A program made the translations under genes and the position numbers. This document shows, one piece after another, positions 29,068 to 38,848 of a stretch of 52,629 nt of DNA. The stretch spans positions 1-52,629 of the forward strand of contig CAZADH010000011.1 in the NCBI GenBank assembly GCA_964483805.1, given 5' to 3'. The notes below the pieces were generated by a model. It had not been told where the DNA came from. It did no database searches and saw only the letters and a list, made by a program, of their open reading frames with translations. The number at the start of each line of letters is the position of its first letter. The first letter of the stretch is position 1. The stretch comes from an uncultured bacterium (lineage in GTDB: Bacteria; Muiribacteriota; Ozemobacteria; Ozemobacterales; Ozemobacteraceae).

Positions 29068-30441
29068 TCAGCCGCCGGATTGTGGTCGAATCAACCGCGT
29101 GAGTTGATCGATCTGGGCTTTGAACGACTCGTCCAGATTCAGTTTCTGCGAGATCTTCCGTTCGGCATGGATCACCGTGGTGTGATCTTTGCCGCCAAAC
29201 GCTTCGCCAATGCGTGGATACGTCTCGTTCATGAGATTCCGCACCAGATACATCGCCACCTGGCGCGGCACCGCTATCGCTTGCGATCGGCGGTCAGAGC
29301 GCATCTCGACTTCGGAGATGTCGTAGAACTCGGCGACCTTCTTCTGGATCCAGGGAATGGTCAACCGATCGTTGCCGCCTTCCCGAACGATGTCTTTCAA
29401 GACCGTTTCGACCAGATCACGGTTGACCGGGCGCCCCGTCAGTGTCGCATAGGCAACCAGTTTGGTGAACGCGCCCTCGAGCTCACGCACGTTGTTCGTC
29501 ACCAGCTCGGCCAGATACATGAGCACTTCGTTGGCGACTTCGATGCCGTGCGAATCCGCAGCGGCCTTCAAGATTGCGGTGCGCAACGACACATCAGGCG
29601 GCTGAATGTCACACACCAGCCCCTGTTCGAAACGCGAGACCAGTCGTTCTTCGAGCCGATGAATCTTCTTGGGCGGCGAATCGGAGGTCATGACGATCTG
29701 TCGCATGTTCTGATGCAACTCGTTGAAGGTGTGAAAGAACTCCTCAACCACCGCACCCTTATCGGCAAAGAATTGAACATCATCGATGAGAATGACATCT
29801 TTTTTGCGATACTTTGCACGAAACTCATTCGGATTCTTGTCACGAAGAGCGTTGATGAACTCATTTGTGAATGCTTCAGACGACAAATAGGCAATCTTCG
29901 CCTTCGGATTGTTTCGTAACACTTCTTGCCCGATGGCCTGCATCAAGTGCGTTTTGCCAAGACCAACGCCGCCGTAGATGAACACCGGGTTGTATTGCTT
30001 TCCGGGATTTCGCGCGACCGCACGACAGGCATTGTAGGCAAAAGCATTGCTCTGTCCTTCGACGAAGGTATCAAAGGTGTATTTGGCATTGAGAACACCG
30101 TCAACACGCGCCGTGTGGCTCTTCGGTTGCTTGTTGATCGTCGTCGTCGTCTCGCCTTCAGCCCCCGGCAGAACCTGCTGAACCGGTCGGGGTTGCGCAC
30201 CGCGCACCGACATGCGCGCCTGCATCGGCCTCTCGAAGCGGGCCAGTACATCACGAATCAGAGCAAACACTTTGGGTTCGAGGATCTTTCGCGCAAAGTC
30301 ATTCGCGATTTCGACCTCGAGGGTGTTGTCGACAATCGTCACCGGCCTGGCTGTGGTTCGCAACATCTCGACCAGGTAGCCGCCGACGTTTTGCTGCTTC
30401 AATTCGCTGACAACGCTGTTCCAGATTTCGTCTTTTTTCAT
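29068..30441 (-). CDS. dnaA: Chromosomal replication initiator DnaA
   Basis: YTFDTFVEG, YNPVFIYGGVGLGKTHL, IDDVQF, RLVSRFEQG, NVRELEGA and GGKDHTTVIHA. Start MKKDEIW. Confidence 0.98.
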   Translation of the reverse strand: MKKDEIWNSVVSELKQQNVGGYLVEMLRTTARPVTIVDNTLEVEIANDFARKILEPKVFALIRDVLARFERPMQARMSVRGAQPRPVQQVLPGAEGETTTTINKQPKSHTARVDGVLNAKYTFDTFVEGQSNAFAYNACRAVARNPGKQYNPVFIYGGVGLGKTHLMQAIGQEVLRNNPKAKIAYLSSEAFTNEFINALRDKNPNEFRAKYRKKDVILIDDVQFFADKGAVVEEFFHTFNELHQNMRQIVMTSDSPPKKIHRLEERLVSRFEQGLVCDIQPPDVSLRTAILKAAADSHGIEVANEVLMYLAELVTNNVRELEGAFTKLVAYATLTGRPVNRDLVETVLKDIVREGGNDRLTIPWIQKKVAEFYDISEVEMRSDRRSQAIAVPRQVAMYLVRNLMNETYPRIGEAFGGKDHTTVIHAERKISQKLNLDESFKAQIDQLTRLIRPQSGG

Positions 30442-30579
30442 GTCTGCCTGCCCTGTACCCACCCGTCGCGCCCTTGGGGTACACTTGTCGATGTACCGCA
30501 AATGTGCGTCAATATCGAATGACACGTCGTTAGCACCGCTTGGACGTCTGAAATATATCAGCCGGGAAGGCCTTCCCGC

Positions 30580-30865
30580 AACGGTTATTTGTGGATAACA
30601 CAACTAAAAAAGTGATAAGTGGTGGGTATGAAAACGGGGACAGATTCTGAAAAACCGACCTGATTTTGCCCGACGCCACCCTTCCTGGGAATTGTGTGGA
30701 CAGTTTGTACCCAAGATCCACAGAGTTATCCACACCCCGATTCGTTGTGCTGGTGCGGTTTTCCCTTGGTTTTCCCCACAATCCACACCCCATACTGTTA
30801 ATACCGCTGATGTTAAAAGTTTAAACTGTAATACTCGCTCTGCGTGGGGATGGCCGTGGATACCG
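30580..30865. promoter_or_regulatory. Probable oriC (DnaA boxes + AT-rich unwinding element) upstream of dnaA
   Basis: Perfect boxes TGTGGATAA (30590) and TTATCCACA (30726). Two-mismatch boxes at 30695, 30705, 30714, 30772, 30779 and 30855. AT-rich tract at about 30790-30835, and the + strand switches from C-rich to G-rich here. Confidence 0.8.
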
Positions 30866-31007
30866 CGTCAGGGTGCATTGACACACGTTTTCATGGTCTG
30901 CTAGACTGCGCCATCCCGCAATACCTCGGGTTTTCGCCCCATGTGTAGCCGGCATCGGAATGCGGCAGCATTGAGGCAGCGTGAAACGCGGGAACATGGA
31001 GGTCACC

Positions 31008-31571
31008 ATGGCGAAGAAGCAGACAACTGCTCGTGTTGCGAAGAATTCAGCATCACCGGATGCCAGTGCATTCGACAAGGTCACTCAGATCATCGGGCTG
31101 ATGGGAGAAGCTGGGCTGGCCGAGCTCGACCTCGAGTCCCGTGGGTTCAAGATGAAGCTGCGACGACATGCGACACCGGTGATGATTCCGACGGTCACGA
31201 ACACACCGATGCCGACGATCGCTCCATTTGTCCAGCCGGTGCCATCGTCCGATCCCGGTGTCATTACGGCCACCTCGAATGCGGGGGTCATCACCCCTCC
31301 ACCGGCGCCGAAGAAGGCCGAACCGACGTATCACCACATCGTTTCACCGATCGCCGGAACCTTCTATCAAGCTCCCTCCCCGAATTCACCACCGTTCGTC
31401 AAAGAAGGGGACACAGTCACCCAGGGTCAGACGTTGTGCATCATCGAAGCAATGAAGCAAATGAACGAGATCAAAGCCGACGGTGACGGTCGGGTCATGA
31501 AAACCCTGATCAACAACTCGACGCCGGTCGAGAAGGGAACCGTGTTGTTCTGGATCGAGAAAAAGAAGTAG
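31008..31571 (+). CDS. accB: Biotin carboxyl carrier protein
   Basis: SPIAGTFYQAPSP, FVKEGDTV and IIEAMKQMNEI. SD GGAGGT. Confidence 0.93.
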   Translation: MAKKQTTARVAKNSASPDASAFDKVTQIIGLMGEAGLAELDLESRGFKMKLRRHATPVMIPTVTNTPMPTIAPFVQPVPSSDPGVITATSNAGVITPPPAPKKAEPTYHHIVSPIAGTFYQAPSPNSPPFVKEGDTVTQGQTLCIIEAMKQMNEIKADGDGRVMKTLINNSTPVEKGTVLFWIEKKK

Positions 31572-31659
31572 ACAACGATCCCGCAATTGTAAATATCGAG
31601 TAAATATACCATCAATTTTTGCATTGTTCTTTCATCCCACGGAAGAGGCGGTGACCCAC

Positions 31660-33030
31660 GTGAATCAATGCGATGTCATCATCATCGGTGGCGGGCCCGG
31701 TGGATATCCGCTCGCACTGCAGGCTGCAAAGAGCGGTGCCAGTGTCACGCTGATCGAACGTGACCAGTTCGGCGGCACATGTCTGAATTGGGGTTGCATC
31801 CCGACGAAGGCTTTGCTGGCTTCAGCGCAACAATTTCACCGGTTTCGGCACGCCGCCGACTACGGCTTGACGGCCGATAACATCGGTTACGACTGGAACG
31901 CCGTTCTCCAACGCAAAGCGACGATCGTTACCAAACTACGTGCCGGTATCGAGCAGATGTTGAAAACCGCGAAGGTGAATGTTGTTCGCGGCGACGCCCG
32001 CGTTTACGCCGATCGACACGTCGAGGTAACGAGTGCCGGCTGGGCCGGGCAGGCCGACAAGGTCGTGATTGCCACCGGTTCTTCTGTGGCAATACCGGGT
32101 ATGGTTCCCGCCGACCGGAAGATATTCTGGTCGAGTGATGAAGCGCTATCGGCCGAGTGCGTTCCCGAGACGCTTCTTGTCATCGGTGGCGGCGTTATTG
32201 GCCTCGAGATGGGCCAGATGTTCGCCGATTTCGGCGCGAAGGTCACCATCGTCGAGATGATGCCGCAAATTCTCCCGGGGTTGGATACCGCGGTAGCCAA
32301 ACGCCTGTTGCCCGTATTCAAGAAATCGGGGCTCGAAATTTTCGTCGGCACGAAGGTCGAGTCGTTGCAGGCCACGCCCGAGGGCGCCGTGGCAGTCTTT
32401 GCCGGGCAGGAACGCTCGTTCCAACGCGTTCTCGTCGCCACCGGTCGGCGACCGAACCGGTCTTGTTGCGAAGGCACCGGCATCGCTCTCGAACTCGAGG
32501 GGCAGGCCATCAAAGTCGATGCCGCTTTTCAGACATCAATACAAGGTATTTATGCTCTGGGCGATTGCACCCCCGGGCCGATGCTGGCGCATCGCGCCAC
32601 CTACGATGCCATGGTGATGGCCGCCCAGTGGCGTGGTGAGAAAGTCACCGCCGATTATCGCCACATGCCCGCCTGTGTCTACACGCGACCTGAGATTTCG
32701 TGGTTTGGTCTGAATGAAGACGCGGCACGAGAGCAGCAACCCCCGGTGAGAGTCGGGCGCAGTCAATTTGCCGCCAACGGGAAGGCGATGTGTGCCGGTG
32801 AAGCCGAGGGACAGGTCAAACTGCTGGTGTCTGCCGAAGGGCGGCTCGTCGGCGGTGTCCTCTGGGGCCCGGAAACGAGCAATCTGATCAGCGAAGGGGT
32901 CGCCTTGGCTGCCACTGGTGTCGATCTGCGCCAATCGCTTCTGCATGCTGTTCACCCGCATCCGACGCTGGCTGAAATCATGGGCGAGACGTTGGGGGCG
33001 GCCACCGGCATCGGTGGGGCCCATTCCTGA
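31660..33030 (+). CDS. lpdA: Dihydrolipoyl dehydrogenase
   Basis: GGGPGGY, GGTCLNWGCIPTK, GGGVIGLE and C-terminal HPHPTLAE. Confidence 0.93.
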   Translation: MNQCDVIIIGGGPGGYPLALQAAKSGASVTLIERDQFGGTCLNWGCIPTKALLASAQQFHRFRHAADYGLTADNIGYDWNAVLQRKATIVTKLRAGIEQMLKTAKVNVVRGDARVYADRHVEVTSAGWAGQADKVVIATGSSVAIPGMVPADRKIFWSSDEALSAECVPETLLVIGGGVIGLEMGQMFADFGAKVTIVEMMPQILPGLDTAVAKRLLPVFKKSGLEIFVGTKVESLQATPEGAVAVFAGQERSFQRVLVATGRRPNRSCCEGTGIALELEGQAIKVDAAFQTSIQGIYALGDCTPGPMLAHRATYDAMVMAAQWRGEKVTADYRHMPACVYTRPEISWFGLNEDAAREQQPPVRVGRSQFAANGKAMCAGEAEGQVKLLVSAEGRLVGGVLWGPETSNLISEGVALAATGVDLRQSLLHAVHPHPTLAEIMGETLGAATGIGGAHS

Positions 33031-33044
33031 GACGACGTGAAACC

Positions 33045-34292
33045 ATGGTGCTGAACCGCGAGGTCTTGAATTGCCTCGGTCATGTGGACCTGCCGGATTG
33101 GGCAGAGAGCATGGCCGAAACGCTCCGTCGAGAAGGGCACGCAAGCTTGTTGACGGCCCCTGTACTGCAGGGTGAGACCACCGCACATCATCCCGGTTGG
33201 CAGTATGTCGCGGAACCCCAGTTCGCCCAGAGCACGAGGGTCGGCTGGCATTTCGGTGGACATGACAAAGCGCCGGCCTGGTTGCCACCGTGGGTGATCA
33301 CCGCTGACTCCGAGCTGGCCGGGCAACGGTGGCTGCACGATGGCAATACGCAAACTGGGGTTCGTGCTGCGATCGGCGGAACGTTCCCGCTCATCGATCT
33401 GTGTCGCGAGGATCTACTGCTGTCGAAACCCCGGCGGTTGCTGGCACTGACCGACGGTGTGGCGACGTTCGTCTGCTCCACCTTGGAGCAGGCGCGCATG
33501 AACCTGGGCGAAGCACTGCGCGAGGCGCAGTGGCAAGGGGTCGCTCCGGCCAACCCAGGGCGTCATCTGCACAGCCTGGTGGCGCGTGATCGCCTTGCGC
33601 TGCTGGCCTCTTGCGTGTTTGGGGTCCGCTTTGATGTGGCCGATATTCCGGTCGAAGGGTTCGGTCGGCTGGAACGTATTGACGTTGTCATTGCGGGTCG
33701 CCTCGGTTTCGCGCTGCGCCAATTGGGGATCGCCGAACGTCATGCCGATGGGCGGTTTGAATTGTGGGTGCAACCGCGGCTCATTCCCTCCCGTTATCTG
33801 TTGTCACAGGTGCGCGGAGGCATGGAAGCAGCGTATTTACAGTTGGTTGACGGGACACCGGTCTTCTTCACCGGCGCGGGCACGGGCAAGAATCTGATCC
33901 TTCGCGGCCTGTTGCGCGACACGCTGGCGTATCAAGACACCCGAGACCGCCCGACTGCCGGGCTGCCGAAGGTTGCTCTCATTCCTGCCACCGACCTGAC
34001 CGAGGCGTTCTACCTGCGCCTTGGCATCATGAGTTTTGCGCGCACCCTGGCCGGCGTCACCACGATCTTCGCCGATCACGGCATCGGTTTGCGCACCGTC
34101 CTGCCGGCAGCACAACTTGGGTTGGGTGAAGAAGCGACGGGCGATGAGGCGAGCGACTTGATCCTGTTGACCGAACGAGTGAACGAGGGCGCCATGATGG
34201 CAGCCATCGAACAGATCAAAAACGAGGTCAAGTTGGCCGGACTGCGTTGTCTACTGCGCGTCGAGGGCGACGCGCTGCCGACGTGGGCGTAA
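33045..34292 (+). CDS. Homoserine dehydrogenase-like protein with ACT domain, catalytically degenerate
   Basis: The Hom scaffold is recognisable (AAIGGTFP, ALREAQWQG, LALLASCVFG, PVEG, VQPRLIP, FFTGAGTG, C-terminal ACT). The Rossmann GxGxxG, TANK, EADP..D and catalytic Lys motifs are replaced. Confidence 0.75.
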   Translation: MVLNREVLNCLGHVDLPDWAESMAETLRREGHASLLTAPVLQGETTAHHPGWQYVAEPQFAQSTRVGWHFGGHDKAPAWLPPWVITADSELAGQRWLHDGNTQTGVRAAIGGTFPLIDLCREDLLLSKPRRLLALTDGVATFVCSTLEQARMNLGEALREAQWQGVAPANPGRHLHSLVARDRLALLASCVFGVRFDVADIPVEGFGRLERIDVVIAGRLGFALRQLGIAERHADGRFELWVQPRLIPSRYLLSQVRGGMEAAYLQLVDGTPVFFTGAGTGKNLILRGLLRDTLAYQDTRDRPTAGLPKVALIPATDLTEAFYLRLGIMSFARTLAGVTTIFADHGIGLRTVLPAAQLGLGEEATGDEASDLILLTERVNEGAMMAAIEQIKNEVKLAGLRCLLRVEGDALPTWA

Positions 34293-34302
34293 GCGAGAGC
34301 AG

Positions 34303-35532
34303 GTGATCGTTCTGGACGCCGCGTCCGAGAACATTCTTGTCCAGAAATATGGCGGGTCGTCCATGGCTTCGCCGGAGCGCATCCGCAAGGTTGCAGCCAG
34401 GGTGGCTGATGCGCGCCGTCAGGGCCACGCGGTGGTGGTGATTGTTTCGGCGATGGGCGACACGACCGACGAACTCATCGAGCAACTCAATGGGTTGCAT
34501 CCCGACCCCGATCTGCGCGAACTCGATCAACTCATGGCTACCGGTGAAATCGTCAGTTGTTCGTTGATGACCACCGCGCTCAAGAGTCTTGGGGTGCGCG
34601 CCATGTCATTCAATGCGATGAGTCTGGGTATTCGCACCGATTCACGGTTTGGGGCGGCAACAATTCGAGAGATTGCCGGCCTGCCTCGGTTGCGGCAAGT
34701 GTTGGCCGAAGGCATGGTGGCTGTGATCGCCGGTTTTCAAGGCATTGACGACAACGGTGACCTCACCACGCTGGGCCGGGGTGGGTCCGATATCACTGCC
34801 GTGGCCATGGCACGCGCACTGGCGCAACGGGTCTGCGAGAAGTACACCGACGAGGACGGCGTGTATACAACCGACCCGCAGGTGGTGCCGACGGCGCGCA
34901 AGATCTCGACCATCGACTACGACGAGATGGAGTTGCTGGCCCGCTTTGGTGCCGGAATCCTTCATCCCCGGGCGATCGATTATGCTCGGGCGGCGGGCAT
35001 CGAGGTGCATGTGCGCTCGAGTTTCGTGGCAGCCCACGGCAGTCTCGTCGTGCATCGCCCACCCGCCCGGCACGGCGAAGTCGTCGGTCTCACCTGCGAT
35101 CGCAAATTTGTCGCCATGAAGGTGCAGGGAGTGCCGGTGCTGACCCGACCGACGTGGAACGACTCCGGCAACGATATCCTCCTCCCCCTCAGTTGTGAGG
35201 AGCAATCTGCCGATGGCAGGAAGGATCTTATTGTCGCTTTTCGACGTGCGGACAGTTATGACGTGATGACAAAAATCTGGCAAGATGCTGCAGACCTCGA
35301 TGCGCGTGAAGTCACAACCAACGGTAGTGTGGCGCTGGTTTCGGTCGTCGGTCGGGGTCTGCCCGGGCGTGGCCATCCTGTGGCCGAACTGACTCGGGTG
35401 CTCACCGAGCGCGCCTTGCCGGTTCTGGGAGTGCAACAGGTGGGCATCCGCCTATCTGCCGTCGTGCCGGCCGCCTGCTGCGACCGCGCGATGGCCCTGG
35501 TGCACGAGCATTATTTCGAAGGGGCGTCCTGA
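34303..35532 (+). CDS. lysC: Aspartate kinase
   Basis: VQKYGGSS, VSAMGDTTD, AGFQG, TTLGRGGSDITA and YTDEDGVYTTDP. Confidence 0.9.
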   Translation: MIVLDAASENILVQKYGGSSMASPERIRKVAARVADARRQGHAVVVIVSAMGDTTDELIEQLNGLHPDPDLRELDQLMATGEIVSCSLMTTALKSLGVRAMSFNAMSLGIRTDSRFGAATIREIAGLPRLRQVLAEGMVAVIAGFQGIDDNGDLTTLGRGGSDITAVAMARALAQRVCEKYTDEDGVYTTDPQVVPTARKISTIDYDEMELLARFGAGILHPRAIDYARAAGIEVHVRSSFVAAHGSLVVHRPPARHGEVVGLTCDRKFVAMKVQGVPVLTRPTWNDSGNDILLPLSCEEQSADGRKDLIVAFRRADSYDVMTKIWQDAADLDAREVTTNGSVALVSVVGRGLPGRGHPVAELTRVLTERALPVLGVQQVGIRLSAVVPAACCDRAMALVHEHYFEGAS

Positions 35533-35536
35533 TTAC

Positions 35537-37609
35537 ATGCCAATGCCGGGCAATCGACACGATGCCGCGAGCGCGACGAAGCTCTTGCTTCGTCGCGGGG
35601 TTCGTTGGGCGATTGCCGTCGTCATACTTTGTATTTCGATCGTCGTGCCGGCCCCGTCATCGGCGCAGAGCTTGCCGGACATGGATTCGCAAAAGGCACC
35701 GATCGAGGTTTATGGTGACTACCTCGAGTATCGCACCAAAGCGAACCAGGTGGTGACCAAGGGACGGGCTTATATCAAGTATCGCGACATGCATATCGCG
35801 GCCGACAATATCCAGTCGAACACCAAGAACGAAGACATCTTCGCGCAAGGCAATGTAAATTTCTGGAAGGGTTACGATCAGACCACGGGCGACCTGATGG
35901 TCTACAACATGAAGAACGGCAAGGGTTGGGTGCGCAATGCAACCATCAAGCGCAACCGCAACTACTTTGCCGCCCGTGATGTCTACCTGAGTCCGAAGTA
36001 CAGTCTGGCGCGCGATATCATGCAGACGACCTGCGAGAACGCATCGAGTCCCCACTACCGCATTATGGCCAGAGAAGTCGAGATCTACCCGGGTCATCGC
36101 ATGACCATGAAAGATCTGCGTTTGAAATGGAAGAGCGCGACCCTGTATCGAAAGGTTGCCGACGAAAGCAACCTCGAAGAGAAAGAGAAGTTCTTTCATA
36201 CGCGGCAAGGTGTTTCGCAGATCGATGGGTTCTACTTCAAGTTCAATACGAACCTCGATCTGGGACCGCGGGTTACCGGCATCTTCAACTATGACTATTT
36301 CGAGCGTCGAGGCTATGGCTTTGGCTTCAGCGGTTCGTATAAATACTCCGACCGCAGCAACGGATCAGTGTCAATATATCGTCTTGACGAGACGGTGCGC
36401 CAGCACTCGAACACGCAGATCAACCTGACTAACAACTACCAGATGAGCAACGGCGACAACGTCAGCACGAGTTTCAACTACACCGGCGACAAAGTGGCCG
36501 GTTATGCGGAAGCCCAGGCGTTGAACACGTTGCTGAATTACGCGACGCGCATCAAATTCATGAACGTCAGCCTCAACGCCAGTAAGTTCTTCGATCTCGA
36601 TGGCGAGAAGAATACATTGTCTGATGGCTACCAGATTCTGAACCGGGTTCCGGAGGTGAATCTGACCTTCCCGGCGGTGACAATGCCCCTGCTGCCGATT
36701 ACCATGAACGTCTCGGGGATGCTGGCGCGATACGAAGAGGGCACGCTCAAGGAGCTCAAGAAAACCTCGAAGAACGATATGCGCAGCAGTTTCTCGGCGC
36801 CGACCGTGCGCTGGGGCCGCCGCTTCGAGTTGACGCCCAGTTACAACTATGAGCGCTCGAGCTACAGCGAAGGGACGTCGCGCGAAACCGGGGCGACCGC
36901 GGTTCGGGCCTCGCACATCTTCAGCAAGACCATGCGCGCGGAATTCAACTACAACATCTCGACGCAGAAGGGAAAGTCGCCGTTCCAGTTCGACTATCAG
37001 AACACCACCGACATCTTTGGTACCCGTCTGGCCATTGCCGAAAACACCTGGTCGCTCAACCCGATCAACTTCAGTTACAACCGGGTAAGCCAGCAACTCG
37101 AGCAGATCTATTGGGATTATTCACTTCGCTCCGAGCAGGATGCGTATCGCAACTGGGAGTTCTTCCTGCGTCGCGACTACATTCCCGATGCCGTGCCGTT
37201 CGGCAAGATGAGCATGACCAAGATCAAGCCGTCGAACATGAATGTGCGCTATCGGTTGGCCAGCGCCCTGTGGTCGTTCGATACGAACATCACCTACCCG
37301 CATCAATACCGGCGCATCACCAACACGAGCATGAACTATCAGATCACCATCCGACCCGAGTGGCAGATCAACTTCAACAGCTCCTACAACCATCTCGATC
37401 GGCGATTCAGTCCGTTGAACCTGTCGTTCGTTAAAGACCTGCACTGCTGGGAAGCCCGGGCCGAGTGGAACCAGGAGCGCAAGGAGTTCTGGCTCGAGCT
37501 ATACCTGAAGGCGTATCCGGAGGATCCGGGCCGCTTCAAATACGGCGCCGACACGCATAAACTCGAGGCAAAGTTCGCGGCGTTCGACCAGATCACGCAG
37601 CGGCAGTAA
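35537..37609 (+). CDS. lptD: LPS-assembly protein LptD-like outer membrane protein
   Basis: Signal peptide and an OstA-like N-domain (AQGNVNF, YNMKNGKG, TTC..PHYRI.AREVEIYPG), then aromatic-rich beta strands and DLHCWE. Confidence 0.7.
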   Translation: MPMPGNRHDAASATKLLLRRGVRWAIAVVILCISIVVPAPSSAQSLPDMDSQKAPIEVYGDYLEYRTKANQVVTKGRAYIKYRDMHIAADNIQSNTKNEDIFAQGNVNFWKGYDQTTGDLMVYNMKNGKGWVRNATIKRNRNYFAARDVYLSPKYSLARDIMQTTCENASSPHYRIMAREVEIYPGHRMTMKDLRLKWKSATLYRKVADESNLEEKEKFFHTRQGVSQIDGFYFKFNTNLDLGPRVTGIFNYDYFERRGYGFGFSGSYKYSDRSNGSVSIYRLDETVRQHSNTQINLTNNYQMSNGDNVSTSFNYTGDKVAGYAEAQALNTLLNYATRIKFMNVSLNASKFFDLDGEKNTLSDGYQILNRVPEVNLTFPAVTMPLLPITMNVSGMLARYEEGTLKELKKTSKNDMRSSFSAPTVRWGRRFELTPSYNYERSSYSEGTSRETGATAVRASHIFSKTMRAEFNYNISTQKGKSPFQFDYQNTTDIFGTRLAIAENTWSLNPINFSYNRVSQQLEQIYWDYSLRSEQDAYRNWEFFLRRDYIPDAVPFGKMSMTKIKPSNMNVRYRLASALWSFDTNITYPHQYRRITNTSMNYQITIRPEWQINFNSSYNHLDRRFSPLNLSFVKDLHCWEARAEWNQERKEFWLELYLKAYPEDPGRFKYGADTHKLEAKFAAFDQITQRQ

Positions 37610-37752
37610 CCGCGCGCGCGCGCCTCGCGGGCCGTGAGGGCACGGCGTCCCTCCACGACAACGACCCCGGACCGATGATTGCACCGCCATGACTCGTTGT
37701 GTATCATGGGGCAGTTCGAGGGACGAGCCCATGTCGAAGGAGCCGGTGCGCC

Positions 37753-38205
37753 ATGCGATTCTATCTCGGATCCGATCACGCCGGTCTTGCCATGAAAGAC
37801 CTCATCAACACCCGATTGCGGGAGTTGGGGCACGAAACCGTCGACCTCGGTACGCACGATACGGCGTCTTGCGACTATCCTGATTTCGCGCATGCGGTAT
37901 CTGCCCGTGTGGGCGCCGAACCAGGGACCCGAGGCGTCCTGATCTGCGGTACCGGTCTGGGGATGATGCTCGCGGCCAATCGCCATGCGGGGGTGCGCGC
38001 TGTGTTGTGCCACCACGAAGTCGAGGCCCGTCTGAGCCGGGAGCACAACGATGCGAACATTCTCGTGCTGGGGGCCCGCATCATGGGTGATCTGTTGGCT
38101 TTGCAACTTCTCGAAGTATTCCTGACGACGCCGTTTGCCGGCGGGCGCCATCAGCGTCGCGTCGACAAAATCGATCGGTGGGCGTCGGAGCAGAAAAACA
38201 ACTAA
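37753..38205 (+). CDS. rpiB: Ribose 5-phosphate isomerase B
   Basis: GSDHAG, DYPDFA, ICGTGLGM, REHNDANIL and FAGGRHQRRV. Confidence 0.96.
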   Translation: MRFYLGSDHAGLAMKDLINTRLRELGHETVDLGTHDTASCDYPDFAHAVSARVGAEPGTRGVLICGTGLGMMLAANRHAGVRAVLCHHEVEARLSREHNDANILVLGARIMGDLLALQLLEVFLTTPFAGGRHQRRVDKIDRWASEQKNN

Positions 38206-38217
38206 GGGGGCCGGTCA

Positions 38218-38847
38218 GTGGGCAAGCTGATGGTGGTAAACCATCCGTTGGTGCAACACAAGCTCATGTACATCCGCAGCAAGTTTACGGATGTGCACAT
38301 GTTCCGTGAACTGGTGCAGGAGATCTCGATGTTGATCGCCTACGAGGCGACGCGCGACATCCCCACCGAAGAAACCTGGTGCGAGACCCCGTTGGTCAAG
38401 TGCAAGGCGCACATGATCTCGGGTCAGTTGATAGCGCTGGTGCCGATTCTGCGTGCGGGTCTGGGTATGGTCGATGGGTTGCTGAAATTCATGCCCATGG
38501 CCAAGGTTGGTCACATCGGCCTCTATCGCGACCACGAGACCCTGCAACCCGTAAAATACTATTGCAAGTTGCCGCCGAACATCAAAGACATGGACGTGTT
38601 CGTGCTCGACCCGATGCTGGCCACAGGCGGTTCGCTGGTCAAGGCCATCGACATTCTGAAAGAGTCGGGGGCGAAGCGCATCCGTCTGGTGTCGATCATC
38701 TCATGTCCGGAAGGCATCGATACCGTGCGCAAGGCGCATCCTGATGTCGATATCTTCACGGCGGTGGTCGATGAGCGACTGAACGAGCACGGCTATATCC
38801 TGCCGGGTCTTGGCGATGCGGGAGATCGCTTGTATGGCACCAAGTAA
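38218..38847 (+). CDS. upp: Uracil phosphoribosyltransferase
   Basis: [27 protein letters not shown] and [16 protein letters not shown]. Confidence 0.97.
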   Translation: MGKLMVVNHPLVQHKLMYIRSKFTDVHMFRELVQEISMLIAYEATRDIPTEETWCETPLVKCKAHMISGQLIALVPILRAGLGMVDGLLKFMPMAKVGHIGLYRDHETLQPVKYYCKLPPNIKDMDVFVLDPMLATGGSLVKAIDILKESGAKRIRLVSIISCPEGIDTVRKAHPDVDIFTAVVDERLNEHGYILPGLGDAGDRLYGTK

Positions 38848-38848
38848 C

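Noticed and set aside
33029-33046. parS-like half sites (GACGTGAAAC here; TGTTCCACG at 78)
   Set aside because: Only half of the 16-bp TGTTNCACGTGAAACA palindrome matches, and no full parS was found.
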